From Tubiluchus corallicola (taxonomy: Eukaryota; Animalia; Priapulida), in assembly GCA_030141605.1 (NCBI GenBank), contig JAQGDQ010000484.1:83452-147451 (forward strand): a stretch of DNA of 64,000 nucleotides. The letters are read 5' to 3'. Positions 1 through 15,706 of this stretch are shown here, piece by piece. Made by a program: the position numbers and the translations under genes. The notes below the pieces were generated by a model. The model searched no databases, was not told the DNA's origin, and saw nothing but the letters and a program-made list of their open reading frames with translations. Position 1 is the first letter of the stretch; every line of letters begins with the position of its first letter.

Positions 1-641
1 CTTTTAGTTGAAGATGAACGACATTTTTGAAACAGAATCTGGATAACAGAAATTCATTTGTCATATTTCTTTTTAACTAAAATTTATTTGTAGCAAGTGG
101 AAAATCGTGTTTACATGTATTTACAAACGATTTATTAGTTCACACAATTAGCTGTGCTTTACAAAGCTTGTTGCAGCCCAAGTACGTACTTATTTGCTGC
201 GATTTACCTAAAGTTTATTGAAATCTATTGAAGATATAATCACAACAATTCAAGGTATGTATATGTTAACAGATTTATTAAATGTGCTGTCTAGTTAGGA
301 TAGTAGATGCTTTAAATCTAAATCGTTAAAGTGGTTAGTTTGCAATTTTACTCCCCATGCTCTTGTGCTTTGTTAAGGCATTTTTTTATTAACAGAAATA
401 ATAGCATAATAGGAAATTATTGGTTTCAAAGTGACATTCACAAATTTCTATCTATTGTGAATTTACAGTACTACGTTTTCCTCTCAAATAATCATCCACC
501 CACCGCACATTCACTACTCTTTAAAATAAGAGCTACGTGGAAAGTACCGAATGTTACTCTCGCATTTGGCGTTGTTATTCTTAGTTCTCTTTCTTTTGCA
601 AATTTTGTATTTAACCATATGTTCAACATAAAAGACATATA

Positions 642-2665
<2,024 letters not shown>

Positions 2666-3435
2666 TTTCGTGTGCAGTTTAATAAAATATTTGCTCTTTG
2701 TAAGTTATCAGTTGTTTGTTCACTATTATAATGATAGTTTGCAGTATTTCAACACAACATTTTATCACTCTAGAAACATAGAAAGAAATGTTTTTGTTGG
2801 CGTTGTTATATGAGTTCACATGAAAATTAAATTAGCTGTTTGAAAGTTTTTTATAAACTAGAATTTTTTTAACAATTTTAAATAATCGCGCCATTTGGTA
2901 AAACGGCCACGCATTGTCATCCTAGTGTGCACTACCGATTCACCAAAAAAATACTGGTTTGGTTTGAAGAAACCAAAAAACTTGAAATTTAGTTTTAAGA
3001 TTTTATTCTGAAATGCCTACATAAACAGTGAAGTAGTGTCATGTTGAAAAGCAGAAAACCAAGTGACCAAAACTACAGGTGAAATCATTTAGATGTGAAA
3101 ACAGGTTTAGAATTTAGGAATATAAAGACTGTAGAAGCCAATGAAAATTTAAACAGTAAAGAGAAAGTTTTAACAATTTTAACAAGAACACCTGAAGGTG
3201 GCAGCACTATGCAAGCTAAAAAAAGTATGATGACAATACAACATAAATTTAAATTTAGAGTAATTAAAATGATTTTCTTCTGTCAAAATACATTATTGTT
3301 CTTTTAGACAACACAAAGTAATTTAAACTTGAAATTTATTTTTTTTAAACTTTACGCAATGTTACCTAAACTTATTTCAAACGGCCTAACGTTAGCATAA
3401 CGACTGTAACCTATTAATTTTTTTGCAGGAGCAAC

Positions 3436-4563
3436 ATGAAACGTGTTGTGAAACAACTAAGATGTCTAGCAGTCATACAAACAGTATTATTTGCACTTTA
3501 CACGTGGCCTCATCTGTTCTCGTCTACTGCTCTTGGCAACGGAAGATATTTAATACGTTCACAATTCTATAAATCAGTTCAGTTGACGCACGAGAACAAT
3601 GGCACGTCACGTGACGTCTGGTGTATGCCAGGTACAGCAGATTCGTACCGGAATGACACGCTTGTTGACTTGCATCCATTTTCGTTTCTTCTAAATGCAG
3701 ACGTTTGTCGCGGTGACGACATCTTTTTGCTTGTGACAGTGAATTCCAAATGGGACCATTTAGCAGCACGTGCTCGCATCCGACAAACATGGGGTAATAC
3801 AACTAACCTCTCATACAGGCAGCTTAACATGAGAATCGTCTTTCTTCTGGGCGCGTATTTTGGACAGCCGAATACGCGAAGGGCAATTCTTCAAGAAAGT
3901 GAGAATCATGGAGATATTATTCAGGGTAATTTTAAGGACAGCTATCACAATTTAACTTATAAAACATTAATGGGGTTTAAATGGGCCCACTTGTGGTGCA
4001 GACAAGCACAGTTTATACTAAAAACGGATGACGATATGTTTATTGATATCTTCCGTCTTACAGAGTTGTTATTGTCAGTGCTTACATTTAAACCCGACCT
4101 TATGTGTTCAGGAACATTTAACATGCCAGTGATAAAGAATGAGAAGAGCAAGTGGTTCGTAAAACCGAGCGAGAGCAACGCGTCTGTTTATACGCCATAT
4201 TGTCCTGGGTACGGATTCGTTCTGACTCCCAGAACGGCTTGTATTATAGAAAGCACTGCTCAGAAGGCGAGATTTTTCTGGGTGGACGATTTTTTTGTCT
4301 CTGGTTTGTTAGCTGACAAAAGTGGAATACACCGCACTTATCGTTCCGAATTTGCTCTTAGCGCTCTTAATTTTCGAACAGTTAACAACATCAGTAAGTG
4401 GCCAAAGGATTCAAACAACACTAATCCACTCCCCTACATATTTTACGAATTACGAAGAAACAGCTTCGTTTTGAAAGTGTGGAATAAAACGCTTCGTATT
4501 CATCAGGAATTCGTGAAAAGTGGAAAATATAAGAAAATGCCCGTATTTAAAAACGAATGGTAG
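3436..4563 (+). CDS. Beta-1,3-galactosyltransferase family (GT31), type II membrane, single coding exon, 375 aa
   Basis: N-terminal hydrophobic anchor; GT31 motifs IRQTWG, VFLLG, E..HGDI, F.DSYHNLTYKT, KTDDD (DxD), YCPG.G, DDFFVSG; pyrimidine tract + CAG acceptor just upstream of ATG. Confidence 0.93.
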   Translation: MKRVVKQLRCLAVIQTVLFALYTWPHLFSSTALGNGRYLIRSQFYKSVQLTHENNGTSRDVWCMPGTADSYRNDTLVDLHPFSFLLNADVCRGDDIFLLVTVNSKWDHLAARARIRQTWGNTTNLSYRQLNMRIVFLLGAYFGQPNTRRAILQESENHGDIIQGNFKDSYHNLTYKTLMGFKWAHLWCRQAQFILKTDDDMFIDIFRLTELLLSVLTFKPDLMCSGTFNMPVIKNEKSKWFVKPSESNASVYTPYCPGYGFVLTPRTACIIESTAQKARFFWVDDFFVSGLLADKSGIHRTYRSEFALSALNFRTVNNISKWPKDSNNTNPLPYIFYELRRNSFVLKVWNKTLRIHQEFVKSGKYKKMPVFKNEW

Positions 4564-4610
4564 TGAGGTCTGAATGCTCTTGTGTTGATAATTGTATTAT
4601 CACTATATAC

Positions 4611-5035
4611 TAGGGGTGAGCATCGAACGTTCGCGTTCGAACGTTCGAATTGAATTCGAACGCTTGATCGATTCGAACGAATTTTTTAGTTCGAACTCTA
4701 TTCGAATCCAAAACTATAGATTCGAATAATTCAGCACTTCAATCACATATGCTCTTTATCATTAAAACGATTGAAACGTCATGCTATTAGCGTAATTTAA
4801 CTGTGATTTCTGCGCACAACTTTAAACAACTTACTAGTCGTTTTATTGCAGAACAAATTCTAGTGATATGCATGATCTTTATAAGACTCATTTTTGCTGG
4901 TGGTTCGAAAATCTTTCGATCTCAATGCGAATTCGGTTCGAATTCGAAACACTGAATTTCTGTTCGATTCGAATTCGAAAGTCACAAATTCGGTTCGAAT
5001 CGAATTCTGTATCTGGTAGAGAATGCTCACCCCTA
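4611..5035 (+). mobile_element. hAT-type MITE, family A copy 1
   Basis: TIRs TAGGGGTGAGCAT / ATGCTCACCCCTA; degenerate 8-bp TSD ctatatac/ctacacac; many TTCGAA subterminal motifs; homologous to 7082-7469 and 22108-22484. Confidence 0.88.
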
Positions 5036-5043
5036 CTACACAC

Positions 5044-5568
5044 CCCCGGTTCTCAACCTTTTGGACTCCACGTAGCCCTAATTTTTTTACACTATCTCCT
5101 GGTACCCCTTCGCCTGCCATAAGCAAAATGAAGAACCAATGCTGATGCAGCGTCATGAATATTTTTATTATATGCATTATACGTTTTGCTACAATCAGGC
5201 CACACTAAATGAGAGTTAAATGAGATGACTGCTGTTGCACAGCACATAGCAGAAAAAAACTTTTTGAATCGCTGTTCAGGTCTCCGCGGATGTCAAGCCA
5301 GGTTCGGACTTTTGTCCTGATTTTCACCACCGTTGAAAAGCCTGTTTCACGCAGGAAAAAGTTCACCGAAAGCTTTACAGTGGACAGTGGTCAAGACCTC
5401 GATCAAAAAGCTATGAACTGTTGGCACAGTCGACAGATTTCTGAATCACCCGCTGATTATTATATAACACCACTTTTTTAAATTGTCTAAGAGGCTTCTC
5501 AGGTACCCCTTGTGGTGTTTGCTGATCTCCCAAGGGATACTAGAGTACACCAGGTTGGGAACCAAAGC
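5044..5568. mobile_element. Charlie/MER5-like hAT MITE (degenerate)
   Basis: Termini GGTTCTCAACC ... GGTTGGGAACC resemble Charlie-type TIRs; TSD not clean. Confidence 0.5.
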
Positions 5569-6163
5569 ACTATATGGAAAGTGTACACGTCACGAACTGG
5601 ATTTTCTTAATTTCTTTAACAATAATAGTATTAAAAAATAATGCTGATGATTATAAAATAATAATAATAATGACAGTAATAATAATAATAATAAAAAACG
5701 CTTTATTTCACAAAGTTAGCTATTTCATAATTAGCTAGTTAACAATAGCTACGTAGTTACTAGGTAATAGTGATACTAATACACCACAAGCAATTGTGTT
5801 CGTCATATAAATAACCGACAGACCAAAATAGAAGTGGATGGGACTGAACTATAGGCTCTGGGCTTCGTAATATCTTGAAACGCCTCTGTTGGAAGCCCTT
5901 GAGGTTGGGCACTAAAAAGTGGCTATTCAGGAAACTCTCAGCAATTCCATCAACTTGATTCTTATTGTACGTCGATTAAGCGTGAAAAGTTTCTTCAAAT
6001 GAACCGAAAATTAAACACCGAAATTGTTTATTTTTAGTAACCACAATGTCTCTGACAAGTGGTTGAAAAAATTCTTGAATAAAATAAATCCACTTGGTCC
6101 ATTGCGGCAAGTAGGACGTATGATTCATTGAAGAAGATGGTGATCATAAGTTAAACACACAAT

Positions 6164-6325
6164 CTTTATAAAGGTGACCGGGCTGCAACTACTTGTGGTG
6201 CACTAAGTAATTCACACGACCCTTATAAAAGTGACTGGGTACAACTACTTGTGGTGCACTGGGTAATTCACACAACCCTTATAAAAGTGACTGGGCTGCA
6301 ACTACTTGTGGTGCACTAGGTAATT
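6164..6325. repeat. Tandem repeat, ~57 bp x3
   Basis: Unit ~cttataaaagtgactgggctgcaactacttgtggtgcact.ggtaattcacac repeated three times. Confidence 0.85.
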
Positions 6326-6559
6326 TTATGCGAATGCAATGTTTTTTAAACTGCATAACAATCATTTGTGCTTTAAAGGTAAAATCTGTTGTTTTTTTGT
6401 CCACCCACGCTCTCGTGCGTGTGGCGTGCTGCTGCTGTGGGTTCGACACCCACTCTACGCGTGTATCATCCGTAAATCTTAGTTGGCAGATGATTTATTT
6501 CTTTTTATATAAGTCTTTATGTATTAATTTAAATCTAAAATAAAATAAATAACAATAAT

Positions 6560-7070
6560 AAATATAAGTTTATTTATCATCGTTACAACCAAAATGTTGA
6601 ATTATAGTACAACATAAAATTACAAAATATAAGAATCTTTTATAAGAATAATGAAGGTAGAACGTACAGCGATAAGCATTATATGTTACAAGATACATGA
6701 ACGAAATAAATTAAAGTGAGTCAAAACTTAAGTTTGGAAGCCATAGAAACCTGTTCTTGAATTTCTCTGTTCTGCATGTAGGTAAGGGGGGGGGGTATTT
6801 CAAATGGTGACGAGTGCTGCACATCTATGAGATGGGCCATCTGACTATAGAGTGAGGATTTTATTATTAGGATTTTGAATTGATGAGAACAACTTTTTGC
6901 ACGAATCTTCGCGACGGTTAAATAAAGGTTGAAGATTAGCCAAAATTAGAGCATTTACATAGTTTTCATTTGGAAAAATGATTTTCAATGAGCGATTTTG
7001 AACAGTTGTTAACAAATCAGAGAGATTTTAGGAGAGATGAGTGTCATACCTGACAAGTGATTAACCAACT
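6560..7070 (-). mobile_element. Degenerate 3' fragment of a non-LTR retrotransposon (CR1/L2/Rex-like)
   Basis: Minus strand near 6750-6800 reads KYPPPLPTCRTEKFKNRF, like the RTERFKNSF ORF2 C-terminal motif, followed by an AT-rich UTR and AATAAA. Boundaries approximate. Confidence 0.5.
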
Positions 7071-7081
7071 GACCTAATCAC

Positions 7082-7469
7082 TAGGGGTGAGCATTCTCTA
7101 CCAGAAAACGAATTCGAATCGAACCGAATTTGTGACTTTCGAATTCTAATCGAACCGAACTTTAGTGTTTCGAATTCGAATTGAGATTGAAAGATTTTCG
7201 AACAAGTTTTCGAACCACCAGTAAAAATTAGTCTTCATGCGTATCACTAGATTTTGGTCTGCAATAAAACGACTAGTAATTTGTTTAAAATTGTGTGCAG
7301 AATTCACAGCTAAATTACGCTAATTTCATGATGTTTCAATCGTTTTAATGATCAGGAACATATGTGATTGAAGTGCTGAATTATTCGAGTCTATAGTTTT
7401 GGATTTGAATCGAGTTTGAACTAAAAAAACTCGTTCGAAGCAAATTCGAGCGTTCGATGCTCACCCCTA
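7082..7469 (-). mobile_element. hAT-type MITE, family A copy 2
   Basis: Same TIRs as 4611-5035, body in reverse orientation; perfect 8-bp TSD CTAATCAC (7074-7081 and 7470-7477). Confidence 0.93.
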
Positions 7470-8512
7470 CTAATCACAGTGCAGTATATTTTTATATCAT
7501 TAGGAGATGTCCCTGCTCTTTTCATTAGTCGCTAAAGATAAATCATGTTACTCACTTTAGCATAAACTGAATGGAAATGGATGTGGATGTTCCATTTTAA
7601 ATCTTTAGCTATTTGTAAAACCCAAAGTTTTTGTGGCTGTAGAATTTCTAACGTTATTCTATTTGATGTGATTTGGCATCGTTTTAGTTAAAGCACAAGA
7701 AAACCCTCCACTTACATAAAGCTTAAAAAATTCGTCCCGAAATTTAGTACCTTAAATACCATCTTTTTGCATACAGGGTTTGTATCGGCAGTAACTCTGT
7801 ATAAAACATGTAAATTTAAAATCCCGCCATGACCGTTAGGCGCACCCATTTTAATTGTAGGTCGTTTAAAACAAGTTTTGATAACATTTTGTTTGAAAAA
7901 TTACTCAAAGCATTCGTAGCATACATGTTGCTGATTAAGTAAAATTTTAAATTACTGTATCTTGTCAATAAGATCAAAAATGCGTTTTGGCTAGTGAGTG
8001 GCCCACCCTGGAGGGTCAGTCAGCGACATTTGACTAATTGGCACAAGCATTTTTAATTATTAGTCTAGTTACACAAGTCTTTCCAGCATGAAAGTGAAAT
8101 TCTAAGTAATATAGATTTGCACGGAAAGTGTTTTGGGTCATAATTTAACATTTCCTTTTCTTCCCCTGATTTACATGGCGTAGTGACGTCATGTAATGGC
8201 GCCGTCGGAACAGCATTGCGGGAGATTTAAAATGAAAACAAACGAAAATTCCTTTCAACGCGAATACGATATAGGCATAAAATTGCTGTAAAATAGTGTA
8301 ATTTTTTAAAGCGATTTTTCTGAAACCTACTTCATGTGCCCCTTTTCTTGTCCTTTAAAGATTGGGTTCCTCTTCTTTAGCATTTTCTTTTAACAAATAT
8401 TTTCATATATATCACAAATTTAATTTAGCATACGTTGCATAATTTCGTTTAGAATTGCTGCCAATAGGGAGTTTTGCACTTATAAATGAACTGTAAGAAT
8501 GATGAAAGTGCT

Positions 8513-8768
8513 AGTCACTCAGCATGTGGGATTTATTTTACTGTTATCACTTAAACTGTTTGTGGTGTGCTAAAGGAAAAAACAAGTCACTCAGTATGTT
8601 ATTTTACTGTTATCACTTAAACTGTTTGTAGTGTGCTAAAGGAAAGAACAAATCACTCGGTATGTTGGGTTTATTTTACAGTTATCACTTAAACTGTTTG
8701 TGGTGTGCTAAAGGAAAGAACAAGTCACTCAGCATGTTGGATTTTTTTTTACTGTTATCACTTTAACT
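8513..8768. repeat. Tandem repeat, ~70 bp x3.6
   Basis: Unit agtcactcagcatgt...ttttactgttatcacttaaactgtttgtggtgtgctaaaggaaagaaca. Confidence 0.85.
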
Positions 8769-8842
8769 TAGAAAATAGATCGAAGAAATTTGCAAGAACT
8801 GCCTATAAAGTATAAATTTGAACTATAGAACTTCGGAATAGC

Positions 8843-9185
8843 AATTTTCAGGCGTGGTGGTTGCACGTCATTCAGTTGAAAATCGCAGCTTACTTAACGT
8901 TCACGCAAAAATATTACAAAATTAGCTATTCATTTTTTAAAAAAACTTATTATACTTTTGATGAAGATTGACAGTGCGCTACTTTTCTTCAAGACGAATG
9001 ACGTCATTGGAAGAAGAATTGGCATTGAAAATTGCAGCGTCCCAAGCATGAAATGATCACGACTTTAAAGTGATTTTACTAATTACACGAGTCGCTTATT
9101 GCAATTTTATTGCTAAATCTTTCTAACATTTTTAGCGAACGTTGAAATAAGCCTAACCTCCTAAAAGGCTTGACTTTTCCTTTAA
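8843..9185 (+). repeat. Dispersed repeat (inverted homolog at ~52813-53210)
   Basis: Shared blocks ttttcaggcgtggtggttgc and cttttcttcaagacgaatg.cgtcattggaagaagaatt occur as reverse complement at 52.8-53.2 kb. Confidence 0.75.
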
Positions 9186-9828
9186 TATTAACGATTTAAT
9201 GTTAAAAATTTTGCCAATAAAGAACGCCACAGATTTACGAGTGAGATGGCGCTGTCGCCTTTATAACTTAATTACTAGTCGCAAGTCAGACACGAACAAC
9301 TAATTAAAATAGAGCATTTGTATAAAAGTATACAAAAATATGAGAATTTAGTTCTGTTCTACATGACTCTGCGTTAAATGAAGCCGGACAAGAAGAACAA
9401 AAGCTTCAGCTGAATAAGCTAATGTTGCTTTGGTCCAATGTCTATTGTGTAAGATTCTTTTCCTCATAGTTCGTTTCCGTGACCAGTGGATTTCTGTTAA
9501 ACAAAAAGAGAAACTGAAATAAATGTCTAGGAAAAGCTTATTCGTAGCATAGTTGAGAAAGTTTTGAAGGTTTGTTTTTACAACTACGAGCATCAGTGGC
9601 GTAGCTAATAGGGGGAGCAGAGTGATCAGTTGCTCCCTCTAAGCGTATGTTTCAAAAATGGCGCCTTTTCAACAGCGCCAATAGTCATTCGTTTTGTTTG
9701 CATTTTACGTCTAAAATTTAAATAACGCATGTTCACTTGTTTATTTATGCACTACCATTAATGTAATAGCACTAGTGCTAACATTAACATTAACGTTTTT
9801 AAATAATAGTAGTGATGATGATGGTGAC

Positions 9829-10277
<449 letters not shown>

Positions 10278-10324
10278 GTGATAATATTAGTGCTCATGTT
10301 TTCAACAGTAGCTTGTGCTAAACT

Positions 10325-10644
10325 TTAAAGGTACAGTAAGTCTTTCCTAACCTTTCTGTATTTTAATCTCTCTTTCTTTTTACATCCCTCTTTTTCGTCG
10401 ACGCCTTTATAGCAGTCAGGTTGTCCGTCGCAGAGGCTCTCAATGGGTAGACGAGAATAGCCAGCAGCATCCTTGGTCAGTTTACAAGCAAAATGACCCT
10501 TTTCCTCGTCCACTAATAAATACGAATCATCTTCACCATCTGACTTAACCTGAGAAAATTTAATAATCAGTTTAATCAGCTATTTTCACAGTTTCGTTAT
10601 GCGCAGGCGCAGCTGCGTTACACGTACTGACCAATACACTTAGA

Positions 10645-10685
<41 letters not shown>

Positions 10686-10834
10686 GTCAGTCAGTCAGTC
10701 AGTCAGTCAGTCAGTCAGTCAGTCAGTCAGTCAGTCAGTCAGTCAGTCAGTCAGTCAGTCAGTCAGTCAGTCAGTCAGTCAGTCAGTCAGTCAGTCAGTC
10801 AGTCAGTCAGTCAGTCAGTCAGTCAGTCAGTCAG

Positions 10835-10871
<37 letters not shown>

Positions 10872-11538
10872 TTATTTCACTCCAGCAATACATATACAAT
10901 ACATCAACATACAATATTATTGAAAAAAAAAGAAACAGTATAGGTAAAAAAACGTTGATGAAGTCAAATTAACCAAATAAAAGAGTTGCTGTATGACACC
11001 TTGAAAGCTTGGCTTGTTAACGTGGCACAAATGAGTGAATGAAAGAATGGTTAGGGTCAGAAGAAATGATAGAATGGAAAAAAAAGTAAGATTAGGGATA
11101 GGAAGAAGGAAAAGAGGAGAAGAAACGACCACAGTGTCGTTAATTTACACAGACCTATATGTTTAATTTACATAGAGCTATATTAAAATAGCATTATAAT
11201 TGATTGGAGGCCATATATTGCGACTGCATGACTGCTTTGTGGCCAGAAACACAAATATGGTCAATAATGCCGGATTGAGGAGAATTCTTTACTTTTTTGC
11301 CAGTTGTAAACGAAATACCCAGATGTTCACTAATTCTTGCAAGACACACTACTGTATAGCGCCATTGAAAGCGCTTTGTTTGAACGTACACCTTGTAAAA
11401 TATATTTTATTATTTATTATTATTGATTGCGTATATTAATTAGTCGCTTGTCTAATGATAAAAAATCTCTCTCACCTGTCTCACGAGAACCAGTAAGCAT
11501 AGCAGAGAGGCACAAGACAGCAAAATTATTGATTGCAT
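10325..11538 (-). CDS. Small secreted protein with an LDL-receptor class A-like module; exons 11538-11476 and 10549-10325, 95 aa
   Basis: Exon 1 MQSIILLSCASLLCLLVLVRQ (signal peptide; acceptor 2 nt before ATG; CAG|GTGAG donor). Exon 2 after TTTCTCAG acceptor, in phase: VKSDGEDDSYLLVDEEKGHFACKLTKDAAGYSRLPIESLCDGQPDCYKGVDEKEGCKKKERLKYRKVRKDLLYL*. CDG..DC..G.DE..C is the LDLa signature. Confidence 0.78.
10647..10871. repeat. Tetranucleotide microsatellite (TCAA)n(TCAG)n(TCAA)n, intronic
   Basis: Directly visible. On the minus strand it follows AATAAA, like an expanded retroelement tail. Confidence 0.95.
11220..11345 (-). mobile_element. Penelope-like element GIY-YIG endonuclease remnant (intronic)
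   Basis: Translation ARISEHLGISFTTGKKVKNSPQSGIIDHICVSGH matches the R..EH.G.S..TGK....P.S.I.DH pattern of Penelope-like endonucleases. Confidence 0.65.
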
Positions 11539-14519
11539 ACCTGCAATTAGCAAATGTTTGTTAAATTCGCAACATTTACATAATAAGTTGTTATAAATTA
11601 CATAAAGTACTAATAATTACTTATGATAATGTATAGGCAGCATGTATACTGTGTATCTATTATTGTGATGTGATGTAATAAATCAATTTAAATTGAACTT
11701 AAATTTTGAAACGCCTTGTTCGGTTTTTCAGTCTGAATTTTAATTGAAATAACTCACGAAACGTTTTTTTGCTATTCTGTGGCACTATTCTGTTTATAAG
11801 TTATAAGTTTATTTATTTCCACTCTGCATCTAATAGTTATAACAAAAATACAGATAATTTCACTGAAGTAAATATAAATATAAATGCAATATAATCCAGA
11901 AATTACAAAAGAGATTCTTATGCAGCATATACATGTGCAAATTACATTACAGAGTAATTTTAATGCATACAGTTTGAGCCTAAAAGCATAGTTTGATAAG
12001 CCAAACTGTACGTGGAAATCTTAAAGTGATTAATAATTGAAATAATGATAATATATACATAAATTTGGGGGGAGGGGTGATAATATTATCAACATCATAT
12101 TTTCCTATCAGCAAAGCATTCTCAAATATAAACTTAAAGAAACATTTTAGGGACAATTTTGAAGGCATTGGTTGTCAAAAAGCGTAAAAGTAATGCACAA
12201 ATTCAACAGAAATAATAAAATTGTCATGAAGCTCACGATTTTTTTAATCTTATTTTTTATTAGCTGTTAATTATGATCATTAGTCATTTTATTACATTCT
12301 CTTGTTAAAACATTAAAAATCCCACACAAGAAATTTCAGCTATAAAATAAGTCTATTTCTTTATATACAGTGTAAACTTTCATCCTTGAACTAGTATGCA
12401 CAACATTTACCTTCATTGAATTGCTGGCTTCCTTGCTTCATGAAAAACTTACCTGGGCAGTTGGCTTTCAGAGATCATTTAGTAAGCATGTGACTTAAAC
12501 TGAGAGAGCAATGTATAGTGTTATTGAGGATTTATATAAATAAAGCTCACCTGTATTTTACTTGAATTCTACCTGTATTCTAGTGTCTTAGCAATTACCT
12601 TCAGAACTTCTTCATAAAAATTGCATTCCATACATTACTCACCTATTGTTTGAGCCAATCGTTTTCCACAGACGTGTAACAGTTTACATCAAACTGTACT
12701 ACAGCACACGAGGTTAAGAATGGACCAGCAACATTGCATTCTTTTAGCCATAAATTGCTGTCAAGGTTCACCGTTCGTCTCGCAACAATGCACAGTGTTT
12801 CCACGTAACCAAATACTAACTCGTACTTGTACCTGCACAATGTTTCCACGTAACCCTGGCTCGTACTTCTACCTGCATGCTAGATGATAGCGATGACTTA
12901 CGATGCAATATACCAATAATTTCCAGATTAGTGAATGCGTCTTTGTATTGATTACACTCATCTACTGATAACCTTCAGCTAGATAAACACTATAGACGGT
13001 TCTCTATACGAATAAAAATCGACAAATTTTTTCGTTACGTTAAAATGAAATCGTTATATAAATTATAGTGTAAAATATGTATATATTTTTAATTTATTCT
13101 TAATAGGTGTTGTGAAAGTTAAAATTGTGGTTTCGATGTATATATGTAAAAGTTATGTAAAAGTTAAATAGCCAAACTGAAATACTGCTAAAGTATGTAC
13201 GTATGTACAAAATTGGCATTATGTATAATATTGTTGTCGTAAATAGCTATTTTGAATTTTGAAAACGAACCCCTGCCAACTACATGATGAGAGCAGTTGT
13301 ATTGATATAAAAATTTATATATAACGACAGTTAAAATTCCTTATTAATAATAAGGAAATGAATATTATTTTTTGCATCATTTTTATCCTTATTCCGTGAC
13401 CTTTCAACTTTTGGGAAAAATCCACAGTATTAATCAGCAAAACATCTTTACAAACAAGAGGAAAAAGATGTTGTATTTTTTACAGACATTACTTGACCTC
13501 TTTTTTTAATAGAGACTTGTTATTATAGGCTTTTCAATGAACAGACTCACTAATCGATGCCTTGTATTCGATTACCCCCACCATCAGCTTGAGTTGAGTC
13601 TTGCTAGTCGTTCTGAAGAGGTACCGAGAATCTTGAACCGCTGCTAGTAATTAAAATTCACCTTGGCTCAAAAAGCTCACAGTGAATATTCACCTAAAGC
13701 AAAACCGGATCCAATCTTAAAGTGTAGGTCAAAACAATCTACTCTTTAAAATATTGGAAGCGTACTATTTTTTCAAGAATGAGTTACGTGAAAAAATTAT
13801 TGCCACACAAACGCTATTTCACGTTCTCGCCACTAGTTCTTCACTGTTACATGCATTTTGTTATTCACTTGCGCTTGAATTTCGGAAGCGCATTGCATAA
13901 AAAACAGGTGCTGTACCTCTCAGTTCAAATGTGTAGGTTTGTGACGAACTGCACACGTTTAACAGCTCATGCGTGAGCACAGTGGTAAATTTGAAATGTG
14001 ACGAGTTTTTAACTCACATATCTTACAGTAGCACTGTACATATCATATATATATGTTTATTGACTGATTAAGAGATAGTCGAACGTGATATTTTGGTTCA
14101 GTCCATAGTTCACTACAAAAAAGGATTTTTGATCATATAACGTGATCATTCCTGTCAAAAAATAGCTAAAGAATTATTTACACATTCTCACTACACTTAC
14201 TATCACATAACATGATCATTACTGTCCAACAATCGCTAAAGAGTTATTTACAAATTCACAATATGACATTGGTTTTCCATTGAAAATTTCATGCAGATCG
14301 TTGAAGTTCAGTTCAGTGTTATCTTCACGAAGGTGATTCGTAAGTGGACAAAAACAGATAACAAAAAACATGTTATATTCATTAGCCATTTTTAAATATG
14401 TTTATTTCGTTATTGAAAGTTAACAAATTTCAGCTTTTACTCATGCAAACTGTTAATGGTATCCGTGAAATGCATCATCTTAGTAGATATTATGGTTTAG
14501 TTTCGTATACTCTCATATC

Positions 14520-14619
14520 TCGGTTTACCGGACTTCACTTTTACGGATATTGGAAGACTCGGACAAAATCTGGACAATTACTACGGACGAAGTCCGTTGT
14601 TGCGCAACCTGGCTGCTAG
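14520..14619 (+). mobile_element. Possible Helitron 3' terminus
   Basis: Hairpin ACGGAC-GAA-GTCCGT and palindrome GTTGCGCAAC shortly before CTAG|T; 5' end not found. Confidence 0.4.
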
Positions 14620-15706
14620 TTAGCGGGCTGTAACTTTGTTTACATCGTTACATCAGTGTAACCACGTGTATATCTCTATATAAAGTCATAAGTCATTTAT
14701 TTCACCTTACACATTTACAATAGTTTCATGTACAATATCTAGTGAAAGGGTCTACAATGGATATAATACAAATAAGGAATACTGCACCGGAAAAGCCTCA
14801 AACACTGTTCACTTATACACGAAGGTAAATGCGTTGCGGGCAATCAAAAAGCAGGGATTTTCCCACAAAGTGATAGAAAAAAAGTAATGGAGATAATCTG
14901 AAATTTTAAAGTGAATCGTGATAAAAAACATTAGTGCTTAAAATGGAATGATGTAATGAATGAAGCTCATAAATGGGATGATATAAAAGATAGAAAGACT
15001 ATTATTTGTTAATAAACAAATATACAATCAATTATGCGGAGTTAATTGCTGACAGTTTTTATATACTTTTCCACAGGAATGGCCCTTACTAAACTTTTTT
15101 GAAACAATTATGTGATTAATTCTATATTACTGGGAGTCTAAAACACGGAGCCTAGTGTATTAGCTTAGGAACGGTAAATACGGCCAATCAGCAAAATTGG
15201 ACCATTGTCTCCCCGCTTTTGTCCGACAAACCGAGATACGAGTGTAGTTTGTCTGCCAGAGTACGTGTAATGTATCCATGCAATAAAAATAAATTGAATT
15301 GAGTTGGCGGCCCGACAAAATAACGCGTGCTGACTAATAACAAATACAATCTAGTAGTGTCGTGTGCTAAGGATTTTTGTTTGTTAAATAACCAAAATAG
15401 TTTGTTCTTGCAATATGACTAATAATAGTTAAATGTGCGTTTTGATTAGATTAAGTTAACTACCTGTTCTTACTTGTAAGGTGGTGACATCTGTCTTCAA
15501 TATTAGCGACCTAGTTTTAAATACCTGTGATTCAAGTTTCAATGTGTTCAAAGCAGTGATGACGTATTGACAAATTTTCTGTGTCAGTCACGATTTGATG
15601 CCAAAGATGTATGTATATTTTGTTTAATTTTATTTAGTTATATACTGAAAGTTTCGTATTAATTTCACTTAATGGTAATTGACATTATGATAAGAAATCA
15701 ATTAGT

